DNA of 32,457 nucleotides from a virus: IMG/VR virus record IMGVR_UViG_3300045988_169227, positions 1-32,457 of that record; one strand, given 5' to 3'. The position numbers were made by a program, and so were the translations under genes. Positions 7,477-15,048 of this stretch are shown in pieces; the stretch's first letter is position 1, and each line of letters opens with the position of its first letter. A model generated the notes under the pieces. It was given only the letters and a program-made list of their open reading frames with translations, ran no database searches and was not told the origin of the DNA.

Positions 7477-8366
7477 TCAAAACTTACCTCCCTGTAATTT
7501 TCTTTTTTAAGTTGCTCGTAAACCTCTTTGGGCTTATCTCCGTAGTCTGCGATTCTTCCTAACGGGATATAACGCCCCGTATCTATCGCTCTTGCTACCG
7601 CCCTGTTCATACTCTCTTCGTTAGATACTTCAACGTGGTGTATATGAACGTCATAGCCCGCGTCCTGTAAATCTTTTACCCACTTTTCAATATCGACCAT
7701 TTTACTGCCGATTATCGGTATCGCAAGGTTAGCACCGTTAAACTCTCCCCCTGCCTTAAAAGCGTTAAGGGCGTTTTTCTGAATGGCTTTACTGTCGGAA
7801 TGAACGTAAGCCGCGCCGTATTCGTCATAACCGGGTAAAAGTTTCTTTATCTCGTCGTTATCAAACTCAAAAGCACCGTACTTCTTTTTTAACGAATTGA
7901 CTACCGCCGAAGATTTACCCGCGGCGGGTAAACCCATTACCAAGTCGGCACGAAAGCCTTTCGGCGTGTTGTTGGCGTCCTTTAAGAAAGTGTCGGTATA
8001 ATGGACTTTATCTTCATCACTCATCGGCGGACGCTGTTTAGCCATTTCCATTGCTAATTGCGCTTTTGCTTCAAAGTCTTTTATAACGGGGTTTTCGAGT
8101 AATTCCTCGTAAGTGTACCTTTTGCCGCTTTTAATCTCGTCATACAACTTTCTTGCCGCTCCGCCCTTTATGGCGAGTTCGTGTTCTGACTTCTTTATTG
8201 TATTTATTTTTTCGGAGTTTTGCAACTTTTTATATGTTTCGTTTTGCCTAAACTCGCTCTTATCTCCAAAAACGCGTTTAGTCGCTTCTGCGGGGCTTTC
8301 GCCCTCTTCCGCGTGAACGTGTCTACCGTTTTCGGTGGTAAACCAATAACCTTTTTCCGTTGCCAT
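7473..8366 (-). CDS. zeta-toxin-like P-loop kinase with an N-terminal extension (297 aa)
   Basis: Walker A MGLPAAGKSS, then FDNDEIKKLLPGY and GYDVHIHHVEVSNEESMNRAVARA, which parallel zeta/PezT family motifs. The N-terminus carries a GYWFTTENGRHVHAEEG motif. Confidence 0.65.
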   Translation of the reverse strand: MATEKGYWFTTENGRHVHAEEGESPAEATKRVFGDKSEFRQNETYKKLQNSEKINTIKKSEHELAIKGGAARKLYDEIKSGKRYTYEELLENPVIKDFEAKAQLAMEMAKQRPPMSDEDKVHYTDTFLKDANNTPKGFRADLVMGLPAAGKSSAVVNSLKKKYGAFEFDNDEIKKLLPGYDEYGAAYVHSDSKAIQKNALNAFKAGGEFNGANLAIPIIGSKMVDIEKWVKDLQDAGYDVHIHHVEVSNEESMNRAVARAIDTGRYIPLGRIADYGDKPKEVYEQLKKENYREVSFE

Positions 8367-9724
8367 TATTGCGTCTCCTTACTTTTTGCGAGGCGTTCCA
8401 TAATCTGTCGTGCGGCATAACGTCCGTTATTATTTAACTGTCTTTGCCACGCATTTTGAGACGGAGACCAACGGAAACCGTGAGATTTTAACATATCTCT
8501 TGTCTCTACGTCGGGCTTGCCGGGGAAACGAAGTTGTACTCTCATTTGCTCCGCGTTCTCTTCTACGTCTACGCCGTCAACTTTCGGGTATCTTGCCGCG
8601 GTTGCTGCTTTTGCCGCTTCCGGGTTTGCTTTTGCTTCCTGTGCCGCCGCCTGTGCTTTATTTAACTCGTCTATCCTACCTTGAATACGTCTTAACTCTG
8701 CATTGCCGTTTGCAAGCGAAAAAGACGGGTACGGCTGACGAGAAAAGTAATCGCCCGAATTATAAGCGGTATCAAATTTTTTAGCCGCTTCATCGCTTAC
8801 GCCCGGAAAGCCGACAAGCGTTTTGTTTTTCCTAAAATATGCGTTCATCGCCTTGCCGTTTTCCAACTCGGCTTTCAAATTGTCGTACTTCATTTGCAAC
8901 TTACCGATCGCGTTACTGTCGTTTGATTTAACGCTCGCGTTGCTTAATATCCCTTTTATCTTATCAAGATATACGTTATTATCGGGATCAAGCCTGTTTG
9001 AGTTTGCCTCATAAAGAGAACGCAAACGGCTGTTTTTTGCGTCGCTTTTTCGGGTTTTATAGTTTGCAGGCCCGGCAATTACCCACGACGGATAACTCGC
9101 TTCTACCCTGTTATACTCGTTCGTAAAGTTTGCGAGATTTTCAGAATACTTCTCGGCTATCCTTTGTACTCTATCCCAATCTTCTTCAGTAAGAGATGTG
9201 TTGTTTTTATATCTGCTCATCAACTCGTTTACGTTTTTTTCAAACTTCCCAATATCAGAGTTATAACTTGCCGTAGCACTTCCCTTTTGATAATCAGAAA
9301 AAGAATAGGCTTTTTTTGCCCTTTCCGCATAATCTTCGCTCACGCCGTGATTTTTAACGATAAACTTTCTTTCGTCCGACGGCGCGGCTGTTTCTTGTCT
9401 ATCTTCCTGTTTAACAGAAACTTCTTTTTCTCTTTCAGGCACGAGACTTTCTTTCGGCTTTTCGCTCGTCGTCATAACCGCTTTAAGGTCTTTGCCGTTT
9501 TCTAACGCAGAATAAACCTTATCGGGAGTAAGCCCCGTATGTTCTTTTAATGCACTCCAAGCGTCGCGGGGAGTTGCCCCGCTCGGCAAACTTATTCCGT
9601 ATTTTGCACATAACCCGAACGGTAAACCTAAATTACCGCCTTTCCCGCTCTTACTTTCCGCTTGTTCCCCGGTATCTTCACTCCCCGTTTTATACGGTTC
9701 TAACGAATTTTGCCTGTATTCCAT
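8366..9724 (-). CDS. multi-module hypothetical protein (452 aa), polyvalent-protein-like
   Basis: Good SD (AAAGGAG). Modules in order: an LPFGLCAKYGISLPSGATPRDAW motif, a long helical centre, and a C-terminal RFPGKPDVETRDMLKSHGFRWSPSQNAWQRQL mini-domain. That mini-domain is reminiscent of DUF3560-type plasmid and phage proteins. TAATG overlap with the next gene. Confidence 0.6.
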   Translation of the reverse strand: MEYRQNSLEPYKTGSEDTGEQAESKSGKGGNLGLPFGLCAKYGISLPSGATPRDAWSALKEHTGLTPDKVYSALENGKDLKAVMTTSEKPKESLVPEREKEVSVKQEDRQETAAPSDERKFIVKNHGVSEDYAERAKKAYSFSDYQKGSATASYNSDIGKFEKNVNELMSRYKNNTSLTEEDWDRVQRIAEKYSENLANFTNEYNRVEASYPSWVIAGPANYKTRKSDAKNSRLRSLYEANSNRLDPDNNVYLDKIKGILSNASVKSNDSNAIGKLQMKYDNLKAELENGKAMNAYFRKNKTLVGFPGVSDEAAKKFDTAYNSGDYFSRQPYPSFSLANGNAELRRIQGRIDELNKAQAAAQEAKANPEAAKAATAARYPKVDGVDVEENAEQMRVQLRFPGKPDVETRDMLKSHGFRWSPSQNAWQRQLNNNGRYAARQIMERLAKSKETQ

Positions 9725-9763
9725 AGATTACTCCTTTCGATTATAGTTGTGCAGTTTTTCTCA

Positions 9764-9803
9764 CAACAAAACCCCCGCTGTGTAGCCGACGGGGGTTTTG
9801 TTG
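9764..9803 (-). terminator. 14-bp perfect hairpin, a likely terminator of the early/middle transcription unit
   Basis: caacaaaacccccg / cgggggttttgttg arms around a 12-nt loop. The U-rich 3' arm is UUUUGUUG. It lies between the membrane-protein gene and the 452-aa gene. Confidence 0.6.
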
Positions 9804-9861
9804 CGAAATGATAAAGGGGTGAAAAAGGTTTGAACTATCAAGATAACCTATCCACGCTATT

Positions 9862-9890
9862 ACTATAACACATATAACCCCGCAAATCAA
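9862..9890 (-). promoter_or_regulatory. candidate promoter TTGATT-17-TATAGT upstream of the 9764-9803 hairpin
   Basis: The minus strand reads TTGATTtgcggggttatatgtgtTATAGT. Function is uncertain because a terminator-like hairpin follows it. Confidence 0.35.
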
Positions 9891-9918
9891 TGTTTTTTAA
9901 TGCACAATTCCTAAAATA

Positions 9919-10203
9919 TTAAAGTTTTTTATTTTTTTTCTGTTTTATCTTATCTCGTATCTTTTTCAGCGCGACTGCCAAGCCGAACTGTAAAGGCATA
10001 GCCGGGGTGAACGGCGCAGACCAAAACGCTATATATGAGCCGACCACCGTCCACCACCACGGGGATATTGCCCACGCCAAGACCGCAGAAACGATACAGG
10101 GCGACCAAAATATAAGTTCGGCTATTATTATCCATAAAAGCATTTCGCGGTTTATAACGTGCTTACGAAGCCACCGCCACGCCTTTTTAATTCGTTCTTT
10201 CAT
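9919..10203 (-). CDS. small Trp-rich membrane protein (94 aa, 2-3 predicted TM segments, K-rich tail)
   Basis: Hydrophobic stretches LLWIIIAELIFWSPCIVSAVLAWAI and WWWTVVGSYIAFW. The SD is weak. It is the last gene before the hairpin terminator. Confidence 0.55.
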   Translation of the reverse strand: MKERIKKAWRWLRKHVINREMLLWIIIAELIFWSPCIVSAVLAWAISPWWWTVVGSYIAFWSAPFTPAMPLQFGLAVALKKIRDKIKQKKNKKL

Positions 10204-10311
10204 ACTCTTTGTTCGGGAAACGGGCGGCTTTCCCTTTGACTAAATCTATCAACCGGTGTTATTTTTTATTATAATTTTTATTTACAAACGCGCCGCCCCG
10301 CGATTGTATCG

Positions 10312-11349
10312 TTAGTATTTTATGAAGCCGTCGCCATAGATTTTATTCAACTCGTCTATAACGTGCTTCATCCCTAAACCGTCTTTGGTCGGCTTCCAAA
10401 AGCCGTCCGTATCATACGCCCCGCCGCCCATACAATACTCGTATTGACGCGGATGAATTTTTTTGAGTAATAAAAACCTTTCGTCGCCTTTACAATGCGC
10501 GGAATACATACAGAAGATACAACCTGTCCGTTTCGCGCCTGTCGTGCATAACTTGCCGCAATCGCAAAGCGTTGTGCCGTATTGATACCCGCCGTCGTCT
10601 TTCACTACGACTTCACCATACACTTTTGAAATCGGTAGATTGTTTTGCTTTATGTATTGCAGAACGTCTTGCTCCGTCCAAAAACTCATAGGGTTACTTA
10701 TCGGCGATTTCATATCGAAACCATTACATCCATTGCGAAGCCATTGCTGCTCGCGCAGTTGGCTTTCTTCCGCCATTTGTGCCGTCATAGGCATTTTGCC
10801 CGTGATTTTGCTGTATTCGTGGGCGGGTTTCTTTTTCATAACGTTACAACACATGTGCGAAATCTTAAAGTCCGTAAAAAGTAACGGCGCGTACTTCGTT
10901 TTATTGTATTTGCTTTCGTTGCCGTTCTTGTCCTTTGCTGTGCCGAATAGTTTTTGTAATCGATACCCGTATCGATTACCCGTCAACGCCATTCGCCCTT
11001 GATATACGCACTCGCTGACTTCTTTACCTATTACGGGATAGCCGTAAGTCTTTATAACTTCGTCAAAGCGCATTGCGGGGCGTAAAATTTCAACATTGTC
11101 GAAACTTTTAACGAATTGTTGATTTTCGGGATATTCAAGCCCGGTGTTGATAAAAACGGCTTTTATCGTTGGATATAGTTTCCTCGCCATATCCAACAGA
11201 ACCGTACTATCCTTACCGCCCGAAAACGAAACGTAAACGCCGTCTACGCCGTAGTATTGCACCCATTCGCGTATACGCTGTTGAGTGCGCATAATCTTTA
11301 ATTCAAGCGGTAAAGACTGTAATTGAGTTAGTTCATTTCTCGTCGGCAT
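10312..11349 (-). CDS. PAPS-reductase-like PP-loop ATP pyrophosphatase (DndC/IbrA-like), 345 aa
   Basis: SFSGGKDSTVLLDM PP-loop motif and a Cys-rich C-terminal part (CDCGKLCTTGAKRTGCIFC). The ATG at 11349 has an AAGGAGAG SD; the track start at 11379 is a TTG. Confidence 0.75.
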   Translation of the reverse strand: MPTRNELTQLQSLPLELKIMRTQQRIREWVQYYGVDGVYVSFSGGKDSTVLLDMARKLYPTIKAVFINTGLEYPENQQFVKSFDNVEILRPAMRFDEVIKTYGYPVIGKEVSECVYQGRMALTGNRYGYRLQKLFGTAKDKNGNESKYNKTKYAPLLFTDFKISHMCCNVMKKKPAHEYSKITGKMPMTAQMAEESQLREQQWLRNGCNGFDMKSPISNPMSFWTEQDVLQYIKQNNLPISKVYGEVVVKDDGGYQYGTTLCDCGKLCTTGAKRTGCIFCMYSAHCKGDERFLLLKKIHPRQYEYCMGGGAYDTDGFWKPTKDGLGMKHVIDELNKIYGDGFIKY

Positions 11350-11409
11350 TTTTACTCTCCTTAAAATCTTCGTCAACAACCAAAAGCCCGTCCGAAAATA
11401 TCTTAAAAA

Positions 11410-11847
11410 TCATTTCTCTAATTCCTTCAATTTTTTTCGCGCTTCGTCTTCGGAAAGAAAAACTCTCTCACCAATTTTATTATTCTCAAAAGAAAAGCCA
11501 TATATTGCGTCGTCTCCCCTTTTAACGTAAAACTCTTCGGGACAACGAGCCATAAAACAAGCGTACTGTGAGACGCTGTTATTACTTGCGTCAGTTTCCC
11601 ATTTATAGCCAATAGCCGACACCTTTCCATAAATAAGCCGTCCGTCGGGGTTTGCCAGCCATACCGTGTCTCCAATTTTGCACGGAAGGTCTATAAGCGT
11701 TCCGTTCTCGATTTTGTCTTCCAATTCAGCAAGGCGTTCTAAAATTTCTTCATCAGGTGCATTTTTCAAAGTTAATCGAGTTCCTTTTTTAAGGAAATCG
11801 CCTTTTTCTTCAACATAGCGTTCTGTCAATCTTTTATAGTCTTTCAT
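11410..11847 (-). CDS. hypothetical protein (145 aa)
   Basis: ATGA overlap with the upstream gene. The RLAELEDKIENGTL...PCKIGDTVW pattern is common in Bacillota phage proteins of unknown function. Confidence 0.6.
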   Translation of the reverse strand: MKDYKRLTERYVEEKGDFLKKGTRLTLKNAPDEEILERLAELEDKIENGTLIDLPCKIGDTVWLANPDGRLIYGKVSAIGYKWETDASNNSVSQYACFMARCPEEFYVKRGDDAIYGFSFENNKIGERVFLSEDEARKKLKELEK

Positions 11848-12035
11848 CTTACTATCTCTATTTTTTTAACGTGTGTTTTACGAAAAGAATAATTTGCAAC
11901 TTCGTAACGGTCGGGCTTCCACTCCGCGCGGGTTAATACGCCCGTTATTGTTGTATCGTCAAAAAGTGTAACTTTTACTTTCTTGCCCAAAATGGCATTT
12001 AACTCTTCGCTTTCGTGTGTGTAGTGCTTTTTCAT
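11844..12035 (-). CDS. hypothetical protein (63 aa)
   Basis: AAGGAG SD 5 nt upstream of the ATG, with tight packing against its neighbours. Confidence 0.55.
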   Translation of the reverse strand: MKKHYTHESEELNAILGKKVKVTLFDDTTITGVLTRAEWKPDRYEVANYSFRKTHVKKIEIVR

Positions 12036-12038
12036 TTT

Positions 12039-12470
12039 TTACTCCTTAATTAGTGATTTTAGTTTTTCGGTTTTCGGGTCAAGTGTATTATCGCAAATAA
12101 TATTATTCGCAAGGATTCCGCTTGCAAGCAATATCGTCAATTCGTTTGCGTTTGGGAACTGCTTTATAAATTGTTCTAACAATCGCACTCGCGTTTCGTG
12201 GCAATTATCCGCTTGAATATCTACTCCGACAATACTTGATAAAGCCTTTAAGCCGTCTTTTTCATTTTCACAACGTGAGTATTTGCGAGCGAGTATTTCG
12301 ACCAAAAAGTTACCGTTCCCGCAAGCGGGTTCAAAAAAAGTGCTTTCGATATTATCCCATATTTCGACAGGAATAAGGTCGCACATATCTTTAACAATAA
12401 ATTCGGGTGTATATACTTCCGCAAAATCTTTAACTCTTTGCTTGCTCTTTATGATTTTCGACTTGCCCAT
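12039..12470 (-). CDS. N6-adenine DNA-methyltransferase-like N-terminal half (143 aa) without a catalytic (D/N)PP(Y/F) motif
   Basis: AEVYTPEFIV (motif X-like), FEPACGNGNFL (AdoMet motif I) and IVGVDIQ are present. No NPPY/DPPY follows in this ORF or in downstream ORFs. There is no SD within 15 nt of the ATG, so it may be a gene remnant. Confidence 0.5.
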   Translation of the reverse strand: MGKSKIIKSKQRVKDFAEVYTPEFIVKDMCDLIPVEIWDNIESTFFEPACGNGNFLVEILARKYSRCENEKDGLKALSSIVGVDIQADNCHETRVRLLEQFIKQFPNANELTILLASGILANNIICDNTLDPKTEKLKSLIKE

Positions 12471-12582
12471 TTATTAAATTTAACAAATCCTCCACTATCA
12501 TTTTACTTTTGCTTTTATACGCTTTGAGTGCCTTTATCAAAACTTTCAAATCCTTTTCGGTTAAATCGAATTTAATTATCAT
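12430..12582 (-). CDS. hypothetical small protein (50 aa)
   Basis: ATG at 12582 lies 12 nt after GGAGGAAC. It overlaps the ASCH gene stop and the next gene's start by 41 nt. Support for coding is weak. Confidence 0.35.
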   Translation of the reverse strand: MIIKFDLTEKDLKVLIKALKAYKSKSKMIVEDLLNLINGQVENHKEQAKS

Positions 12583-13150
12583 TGTTGTTTTGTTCCTCCA
12601 CCTCTTCAACAAACATATATGACTGCGGCGGACGATATAAATACTTCCTTTCTCTCTTGCAAGTTCTGCAAGGCATTTCGTCGAGTGGCGTTGCGTTCCA
12701 AATACAACCGAAACAACAATCGCTCCCGCTTTCTGGGATAGTATAAAACTCTCCCAACTCTTTCGGCTTGTCGTAAATCTTTAAGTCAGATATATGCCAC
12801 GCAAAGCCTTGTTTTGTCGTTTCCCCGTCAAGTTCTTCGGGTTTGTAAAAATAGCAAATCATCTCATTGTATGACAAGCAAGCAAGTTTTTCAATGTCAT
12901 CGCTTCGCAAACTCCCGACACTAAACCTTTCGACCTTATCGCAGACAACCTTCATCCCGATTTTACCGAAATGCTTGCGATATTTCTCTTGAAATTCTTT
13001 CGGTATTTTCGCAAAAGATTTTTCGTCTTTGCTCATATAAAAAACTATGTCTTGCGGCAAATTTTTTAATGCCGATTTTCTTACCTCGATAGTTTTCTTT
13101 CTTTCCCCTATTAAATAGTAGTAATAAGGTTTAAGACTTGCTAAAATCAT
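12572..13150 (-). CDS. ASCH (PUA-like) domain protein with a Cys-rich C-terminal region (192 aa)
   Basis: The N-terminus, ASLKPYYYYLIGERKKTIEVRK, fits the ASCH beta-barrel start motif. The C-terminal part carries CCFGC...CRTC. The SD is AAAGGAG. Confidence 0.5.
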   Translation of the reverse strand: MILASLKPYYYYLIGERKKTIEVRKSALKNLPQDIVFYMSKDEKSFAKIPKEFQEKYRKHFGKIGMKVVCDKVERFSVGSLRSDDIEKLACLSYNEMICYFYKPEELDGETTKQGFAWHISDLKIYDKPKELGEFYTIPESGSDCCFGCIWNATPLDEMPCRTCKRERKYLYRPPQSYMFVEEVEEQNNNDN

Positions 13151-13163
13151 TTTTCGTACTCCT

Positions 13164-13406
13164 TTATTGAATTGCGTTTCCGTCCTCGTCGCAATAATAT
13201 AAGTCGTATTTTTTTAAGCGACGGTCGCCGAGGTCGATTTCGCCCTCGTTCTTTTCGTCAACGTCCTTTCGGTGGAGATCGCACCGAATATCGATAAACC
13301 TGTCGCCTCCAATTCCCGCAAACAAGGCTTTTGCCGAGCCTCTTGATTTTGCGACGATATATAAGCCGTTGTCATCGTAGCATATATGACAAAAATAAAT
13401 ATTCAT
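13164..13406 (-). CDS. hypothetical protein (80 aa)
   Basis: GGAGG SD and an ATGA overlap with the yopX-like stop. Confidence 0.55.
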   Translation of the reverse strand: MNIYFCHICYDDNGLYIVAKSRGSAKALFAGIGGDRFIDIRCDLHRKDVDEKNEGEIDLGDRRLKKYDLYYCDEDGNAIQ

Positions 13407-13840
13407 AATTCCTCCAAAAGTTCGGGGTTGTCGTGGATGTTGCCGATTACTTCCGCTTCATAGCCCCACAAATGCGCTATTGTAAATTTTGAAATGCGTT
13501 TATATTTCCCTTTATGGTAAACTTTAAGTTTATAACCGCCTGTTTTGTAATCCAATAAAACGACGGCGCAATCTTCTCTCTCTTCGCTCTTGAAAGTACG
13601 AGTATTACCTATCATCTCACCTTTTACAATTGAAATGATTTTGACAATATCTCCCTCAAATATCTTTTTACCGTTTTTATCTGTCAAACCCGTAAACTGC
13701 CCGACAGTTTCGGGGTCAACTTCGTAAGGGATAACGCAACCATTTTCAGCCCCCGTATGTATTCTTGCAAACAAAGCGTAAAACCCATACGCCCATTTGC
13801 CGTTGTCTTTTCGCTTTCCTCTGAATAAAATCTCTCTCAT
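13403..13840 (-). CDS. YopX family protein
   Basis: MREILFRGKRKDNGKWAYG...VGQFTGLTDKNGKKIFEGDIV is the classic YopX pattern. Confidence 0.8.
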   Translation of the reverse strand: MREILFRGKRKDNGKWAYGFYALFARIHTGAENGCVIPYEVDPETVGQFTGLTDKNGKKIFEGDIVKIISIVKGEMIGNTRTFKSEEREDCAVVLLDYKTGGYKLKVYHKGKYKRISKFTIAHLWGYEAEVIGNIHDNPELLEEL

Positions 13841-14442
13841 TTCTCATACTCCTTTAATAGTTCGTCGATAACGTCCATTGCGTCGTCATAACCAACATAT
13901 CCGACACTCCAATACATAATGTTTGCGATTTGTTTTTTCAACTTTTCCGCAAACTCTTTGACCGCGTTGCGCTTTTCTTTTTCGATATATTCCAATAGTG
14001 TTTTACAAGTCGGAATTGCTTCACCTGTAATCTCTATTCTTGTTTTGCTTATGCCTCTTGCAAATTCGTCAAAGTCTACTAAATCGTTCTCTAATTTATG
14101 GTTTTCTGCTTTCAACTTTTCGTTCTCTTCCGTATAAGCCTCATTCCACATTTTTAATGCTTCATTATCGGCTTTTAAGCGTTCAATCTCGGCTTCTCTT
14201 TCTTCAATGCCTTTTATGTAGCCCTCTTTATATGCCTTTTGAGTATCGCTTGCAAAATCGCTTGTAAAGGTCTTGCGATAACCTGCATTGTAAAGGGCTT
14301 CGGCTATCCCCTTATTATGCACAAACGGCTTTGCTAATTCATTAACGCGACTGCTCAATAAGTAAACTCTTTCCGTTTGTTTGCTATCTACATAGTTGTA
14401 AATAAATTGTTCTATTTCTTCAATCTGCTGTTCTTTGTTCAT
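13837..14442 (-). CDS. hypothetical coiled-coil protein (201 aa)
   Basis: Heptad-like E/K-rich centre (EREAEIERLKADNEALK...EKLKAENHKLEN). The SD is AAGGAG. Confidence 0.6.
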   Translation of the reverse strand: MNKEQQIEEIEQFIYNYVDSKQTERVYLLSSRVNELAKPFVHNKGIAEALYNAGYRKTFTSDFASDTQKAYKEGYIKGIEEREAEIERLKADNEALKMWNEAYTEENEKLKAENHKLENDLVDFDEFARGISKTRIEITGEAIPTCKTLLEYIEKEKRNAVKEFAEKLKKQIANIMYWSVGYVGYDDAMDVIDELLKEYEK

Positions 14443-14453
14443 TCATATACTCC

Positions 14454-14639
14454 TTAAATATAGTCTTTGTAATCTACGCCAAAATAAGCGCATATCTTCT
14501 TAACCGTAAGTAAAGTCGGGTTTCCTTTGCCGTTCTGAATGTTGTAAACAGTTTGACGCGTAACACCGGCTTCTTTTTCAAATTGCCTCAATGAAACCAT
14601 AAGTTTGTCATTGATAAGTTCCTTAATGCTTTTTTTCAT
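14454..14639 (-). CDS. XRE-family helix-turn-helix protein (61 aa)
   Basis: SLRQFEKEAGVTRQTVYNIQNGKGNPTLLTVKKICAYFG is a canonical HTH_3. The ATG at 14639 has an AAAGGAG SD; the track start at 14738 is an extension overlapping the upstream gene. Confidence 0.8.
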   Translation of the reverse strand: MKKSIKELINDKLMVSLRQFEKEAGVTRQTVYNIQNGKGNPTLLTVKKICAYFGVDYKDYI

Positions 14640-14679
14640 ATAAACTCCTTTGCGAGGTTTAGCCGCCCCGCTCGGCTTT

Positions 14680-15018
14680 TTAATAAAACTCTTTTGCGCT
14701 TTTGCACACTTCCATTGCGGTGCTAAAATCGCAAACAAGCGTTATATCATTTTTGTTCGGCTCTTTATCAACGCTTATAAGGATCTTCGGACACCAAGTC
14801 GCAACGTGATTAAACGGAGTTCCGATTATTACGTTATAAGCCTTTTCCGTTTCTCCGATAATAGCGAATATACGGTTATCAAACCCCTCATATTTATATC
14901 CATATTTTTTATTAAATTCTATAAACGCCTTGTTGGCGAACCATTCTGCCACTATGTAAGTATCTTTCTCAACTGCTTTCGTTTTAACTCCGTATTGAAT
15001 AACGTCAATAGTTTTCAT
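14680..15018 (-). CDS. hypothetical protein (112 aa), first gene after promoter 15063-15091
   Basis: GAAGGAG SD 6 nt before the ATG. I recognise no motif in the protein. Confidence 0.6.
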   Translation of the reverse strand: MKTIDVIQYGVKTKAVEKDTYIVAEWFANKAFIEFNKKYGYKYEGFDNRIFAIIGETEKAYNVIIGTPFNHVATWCPKILISVDKEPNKNDITLVCDFSTAMEVCKSAKEFY

Positions 15019-15048
15019 TTTCTACTCCTTCGGGCTGTTGCCCTTTCG

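Noticed and set aside
9740-9769. Second promoter-like match, TTGTTG-18-TATAAT, immediately upstream of the 452-aa gene.
   Set aside because: A transcript starting about 7 nt after this -10 would begin inside the AAGGAG SD, which makes productive translation unlikely. The TATAAT is part of the 18-nt leader repeat shared with 7158-7175.
12430-12582. The small 50-aa ORF and the methyltransferase-like ORF as one frameshifted gene.
   Set aside because: In the MTase frame a TAA lies immediately upstream of the ATG at 12470. The 50-aa sequence shows no MTase-like motif and there is no slippery sequence at the overlap.
14661-14677. Hairpin AGCCG-CCCCGCU-CGGCU between the 112-aa gene and the HTH gene, considered as a terminator.
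   Set aside because: The T-run follows the stem only on the plus strand, where nothing appears to be transcribed. On the minus RNA no U-tract follows, and the stem is only 5 bp.
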